Positions 33,364 to 42,915 of a stretch of 64,000 nt of DNA are shown here, in pieces; the stretch's first letter is position 1; every line of letters begins with the position of its first letter. The stretch is from Epithemia pelagica (lineage: Eukaryota > Protista > Bacillariophyta): contig OX337233.1 in assembly GCA_946965045.2 (NCBI GenBank), forward strand, positions 3,720,001-3,784,000, read 5' to 3'. The translations under genes were made by a program, and so were the position numbers. A model generated the notes under the pieces. The model had not been told where the DNA came from and searched no databases. It saw nothing but the letters and a program-made list of their open reading frames with translations.

Positions 33364-34488
33364 TTACGCAGAGCCATTGGAAAATTTTTGCACGCGAGTC
33401 CACAACTTTTTGAGGGGATTGCGACGAGGTGCTTTGCCATCCTTGTGGGTCGTCTTGCTGTCGTTGTGGTTGGTTGGATCGTCGTCGTTGTCGTTGGTGG
33501 TGGACAGGGACGCAAGTGTCTGCGGTGCATGGGCCGAAATGGTGGTTTCGCCTTGTTCCAAATACAAAATTTTGCCATTGCGAACGCGGCAAGTATAGTG
33601 AATGGTCAAGGTTTTGCCGGCATAGTCGGATTGGGTGACAAAGGTAAAGGCCGAATTATCGGACGACGTATCATCGTCCTTGTCGTCATTGTTAGTTGTG
33701 GGTGCATTGGACGAGACGGCTGCTGGTTCGTCTCCTTTGGAAGGTGGTGCCAGTGGTTCCGATGGAGATGTTGCTGCTTCTTCTTCCTCCTGGACTGGAT
33801 TCAAGGACTCGGTGGTTGCCACAATGGTGGTGGGCGGTGGTGGTTGGTCCTTGTTGTCCTCCTCCTTCTTCTTTGTGTCTGGTTGTTCCGACTGATTGTT
33901 GTTGAGTTCGGTCATTTGGGTAATTTGAATGCCATGATGCAGTGTAAGGTAGGGTCGATAAAAATCAAAGTACAATTCATCGGCCGACGCGTAGGCTTGT
34001 CGTTGGTCGTCCTTGGTGGTCGTATTTGGAGTGGAATTTGTTGTTTGCGATGTTGTCATGACCGACACGCTGGTACCGTAGGGATAGACCAAGGCCGTGG
34101 CCTGTTTGTCAAAGGCTTGTTGAAAGGCATGATAAAAGGCATCGTGTTCTTGCGTACTGCTCGTCGTGGATGGAGTCGTCTTGTCCTTGTCCTTGGTGTG
34201 GCGTTTGCCACTTGGACTGTCGTTTTTAGTATTGCTATCGGTAACCGCCGCGGCTTGTTGCAATTGATAAAAATGGGCCAAGTGATGCATGGCTTGTTGG
34301 ACCTTGGGCGTGGCCGCGACCAAACTCTGGAGGGGATATTGACTGCCATTCCACCCCGACACGGTCGTAAATTCACTCGATTCATCTTCAATCCAGGCCG
34401 AACTACTATTGTACAGCGATTCCGAAAATATGGGTTTGTGGCCCTGTTGTTGTTTGGTTCGAGAGGACGACGAGGTGGAGGACGACAT
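33364..34488 (-). CDS. Hypothetical protein (374 aa) with low-complexity inserts
   Basis: Long ATG ORF; structured-looking segments LYFDFYRPYL and TIHYTCRVRNGKILYLE; no family recognised. Confidence 0.55.
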   Translation of the reverse strand: MSSSTSSSSRTKQQQGHKPIFSESLYNSSSAWIEDESSEFTTVSGWNGSQYPLQSLVAATPKVQQAMHHLAHFYQLQQAAAVTDSNTKNDSPSGKRHTKDKDKTTPSTTSSTQEHDAFYHAFQQAFDKQATALVYPYGTSVSVMTTSQTTNSTPNTTTKDDQRQAYASADELYFDFYRPYLTLHHGIQITQMTELNNNQSEQPDTKKKEEDNKDQPPPPTTIVATTESLNPVQEEEEAATSPSEPLAPPSKGDEPAAVSSNAPTTNNDDKDDDTSSDNSAFTFVTQSDYAGKTLTIHYTCRVRNGKILYLEQGETTISAHAPQTLASLSTTNDNDDDPTNHNDSKTTHKDGKAPRRNPLKKLWTRVQKFSNGSA

Positions 34489-34592
34489 GGAGCAGGAGGA
34501 TATTCTATGGAGAGGTGCGAATGAATTGGAGTGTTGTGGGCTTGAGGAAATTTCTTGTGTTGTGGGACGGATCGTCGTCTGGATGGTGAATG

Positions 34593-34832
34593 TGAATAAA
34601 AACTGACGGCCAGACGCAATATACGGCTTGCAACAATCAAACTATCAGAAATTATGATGACTAAACTAGGGGTGCCCTTTGGGGGCAAATCGCTCACGTA
34701 GGGGCCAAATAGCGACCACGGTACCCACTAGCGAACACATAGCTAGGGGCCGGGCGATGCCAGGCGGTGCGTAGCGAGGCATGGCGAGGCCCTTCGTAGG
34801 TTACAAAGGGGGCGCCCGTGATTATTTATTCA
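34593..34832 (-). repeat. 3' LTR of element B
   Basis: Identical to 41662-41901. PPT-like GCGGGGAC lies immediately upstream on the minus strand. Confidence 0.97.
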
Positions 34833-34953
34833 GTCCCCGCGAACAAAATCGGGGTGGGCAACTTCGTTTAGTTCGTCATGTCAGCAGAGGCCGGTCCAGT
34901 ACGTCGGACTATTCTTCAAAAGGGGCGATCCCATTTTGGATCTAAAAGGGGTG

Positions 34954-37900
34954 CTACCACATGATACGTTGGGCCAGGAATCGCAATCGAGGTCCAGGTA
35001 GCAGTTTAGTTAGGATATCGGCAAGATTCGTTTCGCCTTCTTCCCATGCAATGCGCACAAGTCCAGCAGCTTGCGCTTCACGAGTCCGATGATAAGCAAT
35101 TGCGTTGTGCTTCTTTTTTAGGACTGATTCCGGCTGAGTCGAGTTCTTAAACACAGATTCATTGTCGCAGAACACATTCGTCTCTCCATCCAACGGGATA
35201 CCCATCATTCGCAACTTATAACGAAATGCTTCAATCATTTCAATGGCAGTCTTCATCGCCACGAACTCACTGCCAAATGTAGACGTCTCAACAGTGTTTT
35301 GTCGTTTTGAATACCACATGATCGGTGCTCGTTGCATGAACAGTAGGACTCCTGTTTGAGAGCGCCGTGTGACACGACATCCAGCATGATCAGCATCGAC
35401 AAAGCAAGTCGTGGTGACAGCGTTTCCACGCGGTGCTGGTGCGTTTGGCGGAATCGGCTCGGCAGCATCAGGATAATACTCAGACCAATCCGGTCTAGTA
35501 AAACGTGACTCGTCAAAGTCAGGGGTTGTGTCGTCGAACACAATGGCGGATTTATCGTACTTCTTCAGATACGCGAAGATGTGCAACGTTTGCTCGAGAT
35601 GTCCTTCTCGTGGATTCGCCATAAAACGGGACATATGGGAGACTGCGGTTGTAATGTCGATACGGCCGAGTTCAACAATCCAACGGAGGATACCGATCAG
35701 TCCTTGGTAATAGTTCGCACGTCTTGCGTCGAGTTCAGGAGTCGCATCCAATTCCGGGCGATATCCATCGGCGATCGGCGTCGTCACTTTTGACTTCAGC
35801 TTTTCTCCGGATTTCTCCAGTTCCGTTTCGACTTCGGCAAGAGCACGCTTACAATACTTGTCAGCGGACATGGCCCAACGATCACGGTTCGACGGATCTT
35901 GCGTGTCGGGTATGGTATAACGCCGTATTTCGGATCCCAAGTATTCGTCTGGTGGTTTGATACTGTCAGGCTTGATTGTATAGCGCCTCTGCAGGTCCTG
36001 CATCACGGTTTTGGGATCATGACTTACAATCAGCAGATCATCAATATAGACCAAAACATACTCGTAATACTGGAACCCATCAGATGGTCGAGTGTTCGCT
36101 CGAATCCATACATCTGGATCAGCTTGACACATCTTAAATCCCATGTCGCGGAGCGTTGCGGCGATGTGATCACGCCACCTTGCGGCAGAACTTTTGAGAC
36201 CATATAATGCGCGCACTATCAGTGCAGGTTGTCCAACCTTATCTGGTCCAAATTCGAGTCCCGCGGTGGTATAGGTCTTCTCTTTAGTCGGTGCGTTAAG
36301 ATATGCATTTTGCACGTCCCCGACGAGAACATCAAGACCATTTAGTGCAGCGATAGTAAAAGCAATGCGTACGCTATCGCGTGATACCACACTAGAATAG
36401 GTCGATTCTTTGGGTGGATCAGTTTTGTGGCCTCCGGCCACTAACCGTGCTTTTCGTCGCAGGTCTGATTTGATGTCAAAAACCATATGACAGGGAATAT
36501 GCTTGTATCCAGAAGGCACTTCGCCATCAGCTGGAAATTCGAAAGCAATGCCAACGTTCTTCATTTCTTTCTCAATAGCCTTACGCCAGAAATCAGTCCC
36601 CGTTCGGCGGTCAATCGCCAGGGCTTCTTCCACAGAGTGGGGCAACTCAATGCCATACTTGTGCGTTCGCTTCCAATAACGTGACTTTACCTTTTTGATA
36701 ATGCGGTCTCGTTTGCGAAGTGCACGTGGCACCCACCATGCGAAAGCAGGCTCTTTTGCGATGCCAGTGGATACTGCGTATTCGGCGGCTTCAATCATAT
36801 TTCCATTCTTGACGTCTTTGAGCGGCAGCCAAACAGTCGATTGATCGGACAGTTCACATTGCAATTCCCAGCCTTTCGTTGTGTGGTGTGATGTGCCGTC
36901 AAGGAACGATGCGTCTGTTCTCTTAACTGCGGTCTCATCACTACGGTGACCCACAATGGCTTTCAATGTGTTGAACGCATTGCCCTCCGGGTCAACTTGC
37001 GAATACAGATTCTCTGCGATCATATTGGTTGCATACGACTCGACCGATCCATCCGGAAACTGTACATCGTAGTACCGGGTATCAAGGATTGGGTTTGCGT
37101 CGCGCTCACCAATAGGTCGCCCATGAGCATCTTTCGTGCGTCCAATGATTTTCGCTCGAGCGCTTTCACCTCCTCGCGGCAGCATGACTTCAGCGGTGAG
37201 ATATTCGTCTAGTTCCTCCGGCGTGTACGCGTCGGATTCCAGGGCTTCGGCCTCTGGGAACAAGGGTTCTAGAAGTTCACCTTCGTCAAAGAGGTCTGGG
37301 GGTGGATCGCTCCCAGTTGTGCCATCAGATGGCGGCTCTTTCATTTGCGTTTGAATAGCGGCATCATAGTCCAACAACTGCTGATGAATCGTCGGATTCT
37401 TCAGGTCGTCTTCCGGAATGGCCCACACATCTTTCCGTGTGACATGATTGCCTTCTTGCGTTAGGATTTCATAGGCCATATCATCGGTGCAATCATCGGC
37501 TAAACCCAACCATCGGCCAATCAGTCTTTTTTCGAAGGGAAACTGTGCCATGGGCATGCGATAATACACCGGCTGATAGAATTGGAACATGGCTAATGGA
37601 GAGATGTCTGGCGTTGAGCCAATTACATGCTCGAACGGTGTACGTCCTTCTAATTCAGGGATATCGGATGCCGTGAGTTGTCGTACGTGTGAGCACCATT
37701 TAAGAGCATAGCTCCATAAACGTCGTGGTGCACCGGTCGTCCTCATAATCTTGACAACTCCCTTCTTTAGTTCACGAATGCTCGCTTCGGCGGCGTTCTG
37801 CCATGGACTATAAGGAACCGTTTTCTCCATCTTTATGCGGTACTCGTTGCATATTTCACGGGACTTCCCTAGGAACAATTCTCGGGCACCATCAGATACC

Positions 37901-39189
37901 ATTGTTTGGGGGATCCCTACATTATGAATCAGAGACATCAATCCTTCAGGATGTTGCTTTTTCGACTTCCAGGGATAAACGTGGTCGAATCCTTTGCCGT
38001 CTGTAAAGATCGAGGCGCCCGTGTCCCCGTTCAGTGAAACTTCCTTGGCAAACATCTCGTCCGAGAACCAACGGCCTTTCACATTGGGGAATTTGAGCCA
38101 CGGTGCCTTCTTACGGACCTTACGCTCAGATGGGATTAATACGTTTCGTACTCCAGCCTGCGTCGTCACTTTAAGCGTATTCTTCGCTTTGGGTAAACCA
38201 ATGCCCCAACGTTGTGACAGTACGGCTGCATCAAGTACTCCCTTTCCAGCAGGATCGGCTGGGGAAGACTCGTTAGCAGTCTTGATCATGTACAGCCGAC
38301 GTTCACGTTTGTCCTCCGGGACTACATCAGGCTCCTCCTTCTCTGGATGAACAGTGACCGTCGCTATTAAGCGTTCGTATAGGTCGTCGCCTTGTGCGTC
38401 GGCGTCCAGATCGGGTGATGGATTGGCAAAAGCATGCTGGTACGTTCGCACTGCTTTGATGAGTCGTGGAATGGAGGATGCGGCAATCGAATTCGGATCG
38501 CCATTGCGAACGACAGTAGCGGCAGCTACACCCAGTTTCTCCTCCGCGTCCGCAAAGGCGGTAGAACGAGGTTGCCATGGGCTATCGGCAGTTAGCACAA
38601 CTTGTGGCAAGTGTTCCAGCTCGTCAGAAGTGGGTTTGCGAGTGGCGAAACCACTTATCACACCAGCCATGGTGAGCGGGATGGTGAGATCGGCATCCGG
38701 TACGTGGATACTATGCGTGCTGTGCGGGTCAAACTGTTTAGGTACGTCGTTGACAACGATGCCATGGGCACGCATCTGGTTGGGACAGAGTAACGAACTG
38801 CCCATACGGTCCCCTAAAAACAATGCTTGGTGGATGACAAGCAAGTAAGACTGGTTTTCGCTGTCAGTCCAGACAGTAGCAACAGTCGCAATAGGGACAT
38901 TGGTCAGCGGGTTATATTCCTCCGCGAACGGATGCACACTGATATAGCGGTGGGCTTCGGAGAGCATTACGAAGTCTCTTCCCACGGCACAGGTGTCCGC
39001 ATGTGAGTCCAACTCACAGGTGAGCTCAATGGTCTCAACACCATATTCGTCGGTGTTCATAGCACATAGACGATGTGCGAAACGTTTAGAATAACTATAA
39101 TGGGTGCCTACGTGTGCATTCGATTGAACAATAAGATTCGTTTTATCAATTTTTACTGCTTCGGCAGCGGATACACAGGGCACACTCCA
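34954..39189 (-). CDS. pol: Pol of element B (PR, IN, chromodomain-like, RT, RNase H), uninterrupted
   Basis: LDSHADT protease; IN FSDEM / VSDGA / AEASI; RKARLVAGGH and YIDD (RT); FVDADHAG, CDNESV, LADILTK (RNase H). In frame with gag after one TGA. Confidence 0.95.
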   Translation of the reverse strand, partial: WSVPCVSAAEAVKIDKTNLIVQSNAHVGTHYSYSKRFAHRLCAMNTDEYGVETIELTCELDSHADTCAVGRDFVMLSEAHRYISVHPFAEEYNPLTNVPIATVATVWTDSENQSYLLVIHQALFLGDRMGSSLLCPNQMRAHGIVVNDVPKQFDPHSTHSIHVPDADLTIPLTMAGVISGFATRKPTSDELEHLPQVVLTADSPWQPRSTAFADAEEKLGVAAATVVRNGDPNSIAASSIPRLIKAVRTYQHAFANPSPDLDADAQGDDLYERLIATVTVHPEKEEPDVVPEDKRERRLYMIKTANESSPADPAGKGVLDAAVLSQRWGIGLPKAKNTLKVTTQAGVRNVLIPSERKVRKKAPWLKFPNVKGRWFSDEMFAKEVSLNGDTGASIFTDGKGFDHVYPWKSKKQHPEGLMSLIHNVGIPQTMVSDGARELFLGKSREICNEYRIKMEKTVPYSPWQNAAEASIRELKKGVVKIMRTTGAPRRLWSYALKWCSHVRQLTASDIPELEGRTPFEHVIGSTPDISPLAMFQFYQPVYYRMPMAQFPFEKRLIGRWLGLADDCTDDMAYEILTQEGNHVTRKDVWAIPEDDLKNPTIHQQLLDYDAAIQTQMKEPPSDGTTGSDPPPDLFDEGELLEPLFPEAEALESDAYTPEELDEYLTAEVMLPRGGESARAKIIGRTKDAHGRPIGERDANPILDTRYYDVQFPDGSVESYATNMIAENLYSQVDPEGNAFNTLKAIVGHRSDETAVKRTDASFLDGTSHHTTKGWELQCELSDQSTVWLPLKDVKNGNMIEAAEYAVSTGIAKEPAFAWWVPRALRKRDRIIKKVKSRYWKRTHKYGIELPHSVEEALAIDRRTGTDFWRKAIEKEMKNVGIAFEFPADGEVPSGYKHIPCHMVFDIKSDLRRKARLVAGGHKTDPPKESTYSSVVSRDSVRIAFTIAALNGLDVLVGDVQNAYLNAPTKEKTYTTAGLEFGPDKVGQPALIVRALYGLKSSAARWRDHIAATLRDMGFKMCQADPDVWIRANTRPSDGFQYYEYVLVYIDDLLIVSHDPKTVMQDLQRRYTIKPDSIKPPDEYLGSEIRRYTIPDTQDPSNRDRWAMSADKYCKRALAEVETELEKSGEKLKSKVTTPIADGYRPELDATPELDARRANYYQGLIGILRWIVELGRIDITTAVSHMSRFMANPREGHLEQTLHIFAYLKKYDKSAIVFDDTTPDFDESRFTRPDWSEYYPDAAEPIPPNAPAPRGNAVTTTCFVDADHAGCRVTRRSQTGVLLFMQRAPIMWYSKRQNTVETSTFGSEFVAMKTAIEMIEAFRYKLRMMGIPLDGETNVFCDNESVFKNSTQPESVLKKKHNAIAYHRTREAQAAGLVRIAWEEGETNLADILTKLLPGPRLRFLAQRIMW

Positions 39190-41265
39190 TCAGGAGGAAT
39201 TAGACTTGTCGGCAGACTTGTCAGAGACATTCGGGTCACGGACATCGAATTCAAGATCGGCGGAATAACGACCGCATACATTACGCCTTCGCTCTGCGGC
39301 AGCCAATTGTCCATTGGCAAGCATAGTGTATTTCAAAGCTTCGTCGAACACTTCCGTGTGCTCGGCTAAGCGTCTGCACACATGGTACATTTGGCGCTCT
39401 TCTCGTTCATAGCCTGACATTTTAGACCAGCGCCAAGACCAAATTGGACTATTGTGTACAATAGTGTCGATCTCTTCGCGGAAGCTTCCTTTCAGCATAC
39501 TTTGGTCATGCTTGGTAAGTGAGCGGACGTTGCGAGGCCCTTCAGCAAACTTGCCTTTGACCGGTAGCGGCAGCTTTACAAAGATGTCGCCGTGTTCCGG
39601 GACTGGTGGGATGGTCATATGACTCATATCAGGACGTCCGTCCTCTTCCCATTGCCACATCGGTGGATAGGTCTCGTATTCCCCCATGGGGCGAGTACGT
39701 ACGGATTTGACGGACGCAGATCCGGGTTCGTTCGGTTGTGCTTTAGCCTTATGCGCGAAACGTCCAAAGCTGTTGCCAGCTGAGGACTTTGTCGGCTGCG
39801 AATCATCTTCGGATGATTTTGCAGGTGAGGCGGAAGCGCGGAACTTAGAGTGCTTGTCTGGCGACGGTACGTTGTCAACAGAGGAGTCAAGCAAGTTCTC
39901 GTCCACTTCCATAATGACCGATACGTTGGTCTTAGCCTCAGGCTTAGCGTCGTCATCAATGTCTACTGAGATTGCGTCCTCAGCAGTACTCCCATGCGAC
40001 GTTTTCGATCTCTTCGACGATGCGTTGGAAGAGTCGTCTGTGGTGACGGATCCAAGCTTCCGCTTTTCTTTGCGCTCTCTGCGAAGAGCCTGGACTTGTT
40101 TGCGTTCGTCCTCCGTCAGGTCTGCCCATTCGTCGGCATCGTAGTGACCAGCATGAACGCGGTCCTTCTTTTTCTTGCTCTTTTTCTGATTGCGCCCTTT
40201 GCCCTTTCCTTTGCTTGGGGTGGTACTAGCAGCGGCGATCTTGCGAGAGTCGTCCTGCGTTTCGGTTTTGGCGGCACTGTGCACAGTCAAGAAGTATTGC
40301 TGGCACGCTTCGAAGTTCTCCAACTTCTCCTGGTCACCGTTGACGACGGTCTTTGCTTGGACGAGCGTCGGATCGGTGATCCCATTCATGAAATCGGTCA
40401 CTTTTTTCGTTTCCGCGACCGTTTCGCCAAGCTCTTCCAGGGTGTTGTGCGCATGTTGGTGACGGTGAATGTAGTCATGGAAGCGGTACTTCCCTCGTCC
40501 TGTAAACTTAGCATTTGCGATCTGCGCATAAGCCTGTTTCTTGCGCAGGATGCTCGCGGCCTGTCCAGTGGCTTGCCGCTTGACGGTTAGGTAGGCCTCA
40601 CGGCCGTCCTTCGATTTCGCGTGCGTTTTAGCAAACGTCCATGCCGGACCATCGTAGATAAGAGGGTAGTACAGCTCATACACTCTGCGTCGGTCGGCTT
40701 TGTACTGGTCCCCCTCATGACGAGTGGTCGCGACTAGGTCGTCGTCAATGCAGTCGTAATCGGCGGTTAGTGCGTCGTCCGGTACATCGGACTCCTCACG
40801 CAATACGTAGGTGAGCGGCACTCCCGTTGTCGGATTACGGTGCTGACCCAAGTACGTGCGCCACATTCCGTCGTGACGTTCCCAATCGGCAAGGTTCGTT
40901 AGCCTTTTGGGTGGTACTGGGTCATCCTGACCATCAGTGGTGGTGGCATTCGCGAGTTCCGTTACGCGTCTCATCCACTTGGTGATTACGTCACCAGTAT
41001 AAGCACCAGCATCAAGGTCTTGACCACGGACAGAACGGTATTCCAACCACATTCGGAAGCCAAGGAACTTGAGGTTGAATTGGTAGGGTAGGGTGACACC
41101 GGCAGGTAGGTTCTTGGCTAATGTCTTCAGCATGGGCTTGACTTCGTTGATAGGAAACTCCAGGAACTGATCCGTTGTCGTGAAGCCCTGTTGCGTTAGG
41201 TACCCAACGGTAGCATTATCGTAGCCACAGCGGCCCAGTGCAGTACGGAAGGCATTTGCGGCCAT
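39190..41265 (-). CDS. gag: Gag of element B (691 aa, no CCHC knuckle, long C-terminal extension)
   Basis: ATG ORF directly upstream of pol. GVPLTYVLRE, DGREAY and YDADEWADLTEDERKQV segments are of the type seen in diatom copia gags. Confidence 0.88.
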   Translation of the reverse strand: MAANAFRTALGRCGYDNATVGYLTQQGFTTTDQFLEFPINEVKPMLKTLAKNLPAGVTLPYQFNLKFLGFRMWLEYRSVRGQDLDAGAYTGDVITKWMRRVTELANATTTDGQDDPVPPKRLTNLADWERHDGMWRTYLGQHRNPTTGVPLTYVLREESDVPDDALTADYDCIDDDLVATTRHEGDQYKADRRRVYELYYPLIYDGPAWTFAKTHAKSKDGREAYLTVKRQATGQAASILRKKQAYAQIANAKFTGRGKYRFHDYIHRHQHAHNTLEELGETVAETKKVTDFMNGITDPTLVQAKTVVNGDQEKLENFEACQQYFLTVHSAAKTETQDDSRKIAAASTTPSKGKGKGRNQKKSKKKKDRVHAGHYDADEWADLTEDERKQVQALRRERKEKRKLGSVTTDDSSNASSKRSKTSHGSTAEDAISVDIDDDAKPEAKTNVSVIMEVDENLLDSSVDNVPSPDKHSKFRASASPAKSSEDDSQPTKSSAGNSFGRFAHKAKAQPNEPGSASVKSVRTRPMGEYETYPPMWQWEEDGRPDMSHMTIPPVPEHGDIFVKLPLPVKGKFAEGPRNVRSLTKHDQSMLKGSFREEIDTIVHNSPIWSWRWSKMSGYEREERQMYHVCRRLAEHTEVFDEALKYTMLANGQLAAAERRRNVCGRYSADLEFDVRDPNVSDKSADKSNSS

Positions 41266-41275
41266 GGTTCAAGGG

Positions 41276-41434
41276 TTTGTACTGGTCCCCCTCATGACGA
41301 GTGGTCGAGACTAGGTCGTCGTCAATGCAGTCGTAATCGGCGGTTAGTGCGTCGTCCGGTACATCGGACTCCTCACGCAATACGTAGGTGAGCGGCACTC
41401 CCGTTGTCGGATTACGGTGCTGACCCAAGTACGT
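41276..41434 (-). repeat. 159-bp copy of internal gag sequence (40699-40857) in the leader of element B
   Basis: One mismatch seen over 159 bp; GTAC lies near both ends of the segment. Confidence 0.93.
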
Positions 41435-41645
41435 ACGGAGCGCGTGGATGGACGGTCCACGTGTACGAGCACGTGCACGGTACGTTGTGCAGTCGCAAGT
41501 CACAAATTAGCGAGTGGGTCCCACAGTGACAAAAACAAGTCACAGAGATGACGCAAGCGAGCGAGTGACGAAGCCGCTTAGCGCGAACAACTCCCGAGCG
41601 TTGATCAGGCGCTTGCCGTCCGGCGAACAGTGGGGAAACAACAGA

Positions 41646-41661
41646 CTTGGGTCTGATAAAC
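41646..41661 (-). promoter_or_regulatory. PBS of element B (GTTTATCAGACCCAAG), anticodon-arm type
   Basis: Abuts the 5' LTR with no TGG. Its complement CTTGGGT-CTGATAA-AC has the form of an anticodon stem plus 7-nt loop with GAT at the anticodon positions. Confidence 0.65.
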
Positions 41662-41901
41662 TGAATAAAAACTGACGGCCAGACGCAATATACGGCTTGC
41701 AACAATCAAACTATCAGAAATTATGATGACTAAACTAGGGGTGCCCTTTGGGGGCAAATCGCTCACGTAGGGGCCAAATAGCGACCACGGTACCCACTAG
41801 CGAACACATAGCTAGGGGCCGGGCGATGCCAGGCGGTGCGTAGCGAGGCATGGCGAGGCCCTTCGTAGGTTACAAAGGGGGCGCCCGTGATTATTTATTC
41901 A
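41662..41901 (-). repeat. 5' LTR of element B
   Basis: Identical to 34593-34832. Confidence 0.97.
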
Positions 41902-42915
41902 AATGTTCCGGATGATGGACCAGTCGTGGAGAGAGCCAACGAGATGGAGCGATTGAGGATCTTTCTCGAATCGTTGCGACAATCAACGCAATGGTGCAAC
42001 CGCGAGATCTTTTCTTTTGTTCAAAACGCAAAAAAGCAAGACACAAAAGAAAAATATCCTGCTCGGGCAGTGCGACTCGCGTCGTTTGTGCGACTTCAAA
42101 AATGTAGATTAGCCTATATAATTGTTGCGGAAAAAATGCTCCCCGATCCAGAAATTTCTTGGATCGATCCACGTCTGGAGACGCGGACCAGATGGTTGGT
42201 CGCGTTGAATCACATCCCAGCGATTGAATGCACTGAATTCAATAATCCACTGAAACTGTGAACCTCTCACTGAGACATAGGGAGTGGAATCAGTTCGGAA
42301 GGTCTGACGTGGATCGACAAACGACCAGAACTTGGGTACATCTGGGGTAAAATCAAGAGGAACTGGAGTGATACCATCTTTTGGAAAGACGACTACACTA
42401 GTCCAATTTACCCCCTGGAAAATCATTGCGTCATGGGGGTCGAAGATGTGGTTCCGAATTCGGTCTCTCGCACGATATCCACATGCCATGCCAAATCTCA
42501 AATTTTGTTTGTGGCATCATATAGAGAGTGAGAGAATAAACAAAAGGATACTACCAACTAGGCATTCGCTTTGGCGGTTCTCCTTCTCTGGTGTCTCTCT
42601 GTGTGTGTGACTCGACAGTTCCATACGATTCGAAAGATCCAACCACTTACTTCTTCTACAAACTACGACACCTGTTTCAACTTTTGCAGTTGGGTCTTCT
42701 GCGCTTCTCACAAACAACAACTACCAACTACACTTTTGGAGGAGACTCGAGCCTTTTTCGATCCACCCGACCACACGGTGCGATTGGATTGCACCATTCC
42801 ATCACAGTTTGTCATTCTCTCTTTGTCATTCTCTCACATACACCTTTGGTTTCCGTTTGTCGGTGGTCCCTCTCCCAAAATCATCCAACTCTATATAGAA
42901 TCATAAGAAAACACC

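Larger units (their letters stand above)
34593..41901 (-). mobile_element. Ty1/copia (CoDi-like) LTR retrotransposon, element B, 7309 bp
   Basis: Identical 240-bp LTRs with 8-bp terminal inverted repeats TGAATAAA...TTTATTCA, 4-bp TSD AATG (34589-34592 and 41902-41905), gag-PR-IN-RT-RNaseH on the minus strand. Confidence 0.98.

Noticed and set aside
41662-41901. Self-priming for element B
   Set aside because: Best LTR complement to its PBS is only 7 nt (TATCAGA). A 9-nt complement (ACTTGGGTC) in gag and the duplicated leader is short enough to be chance.
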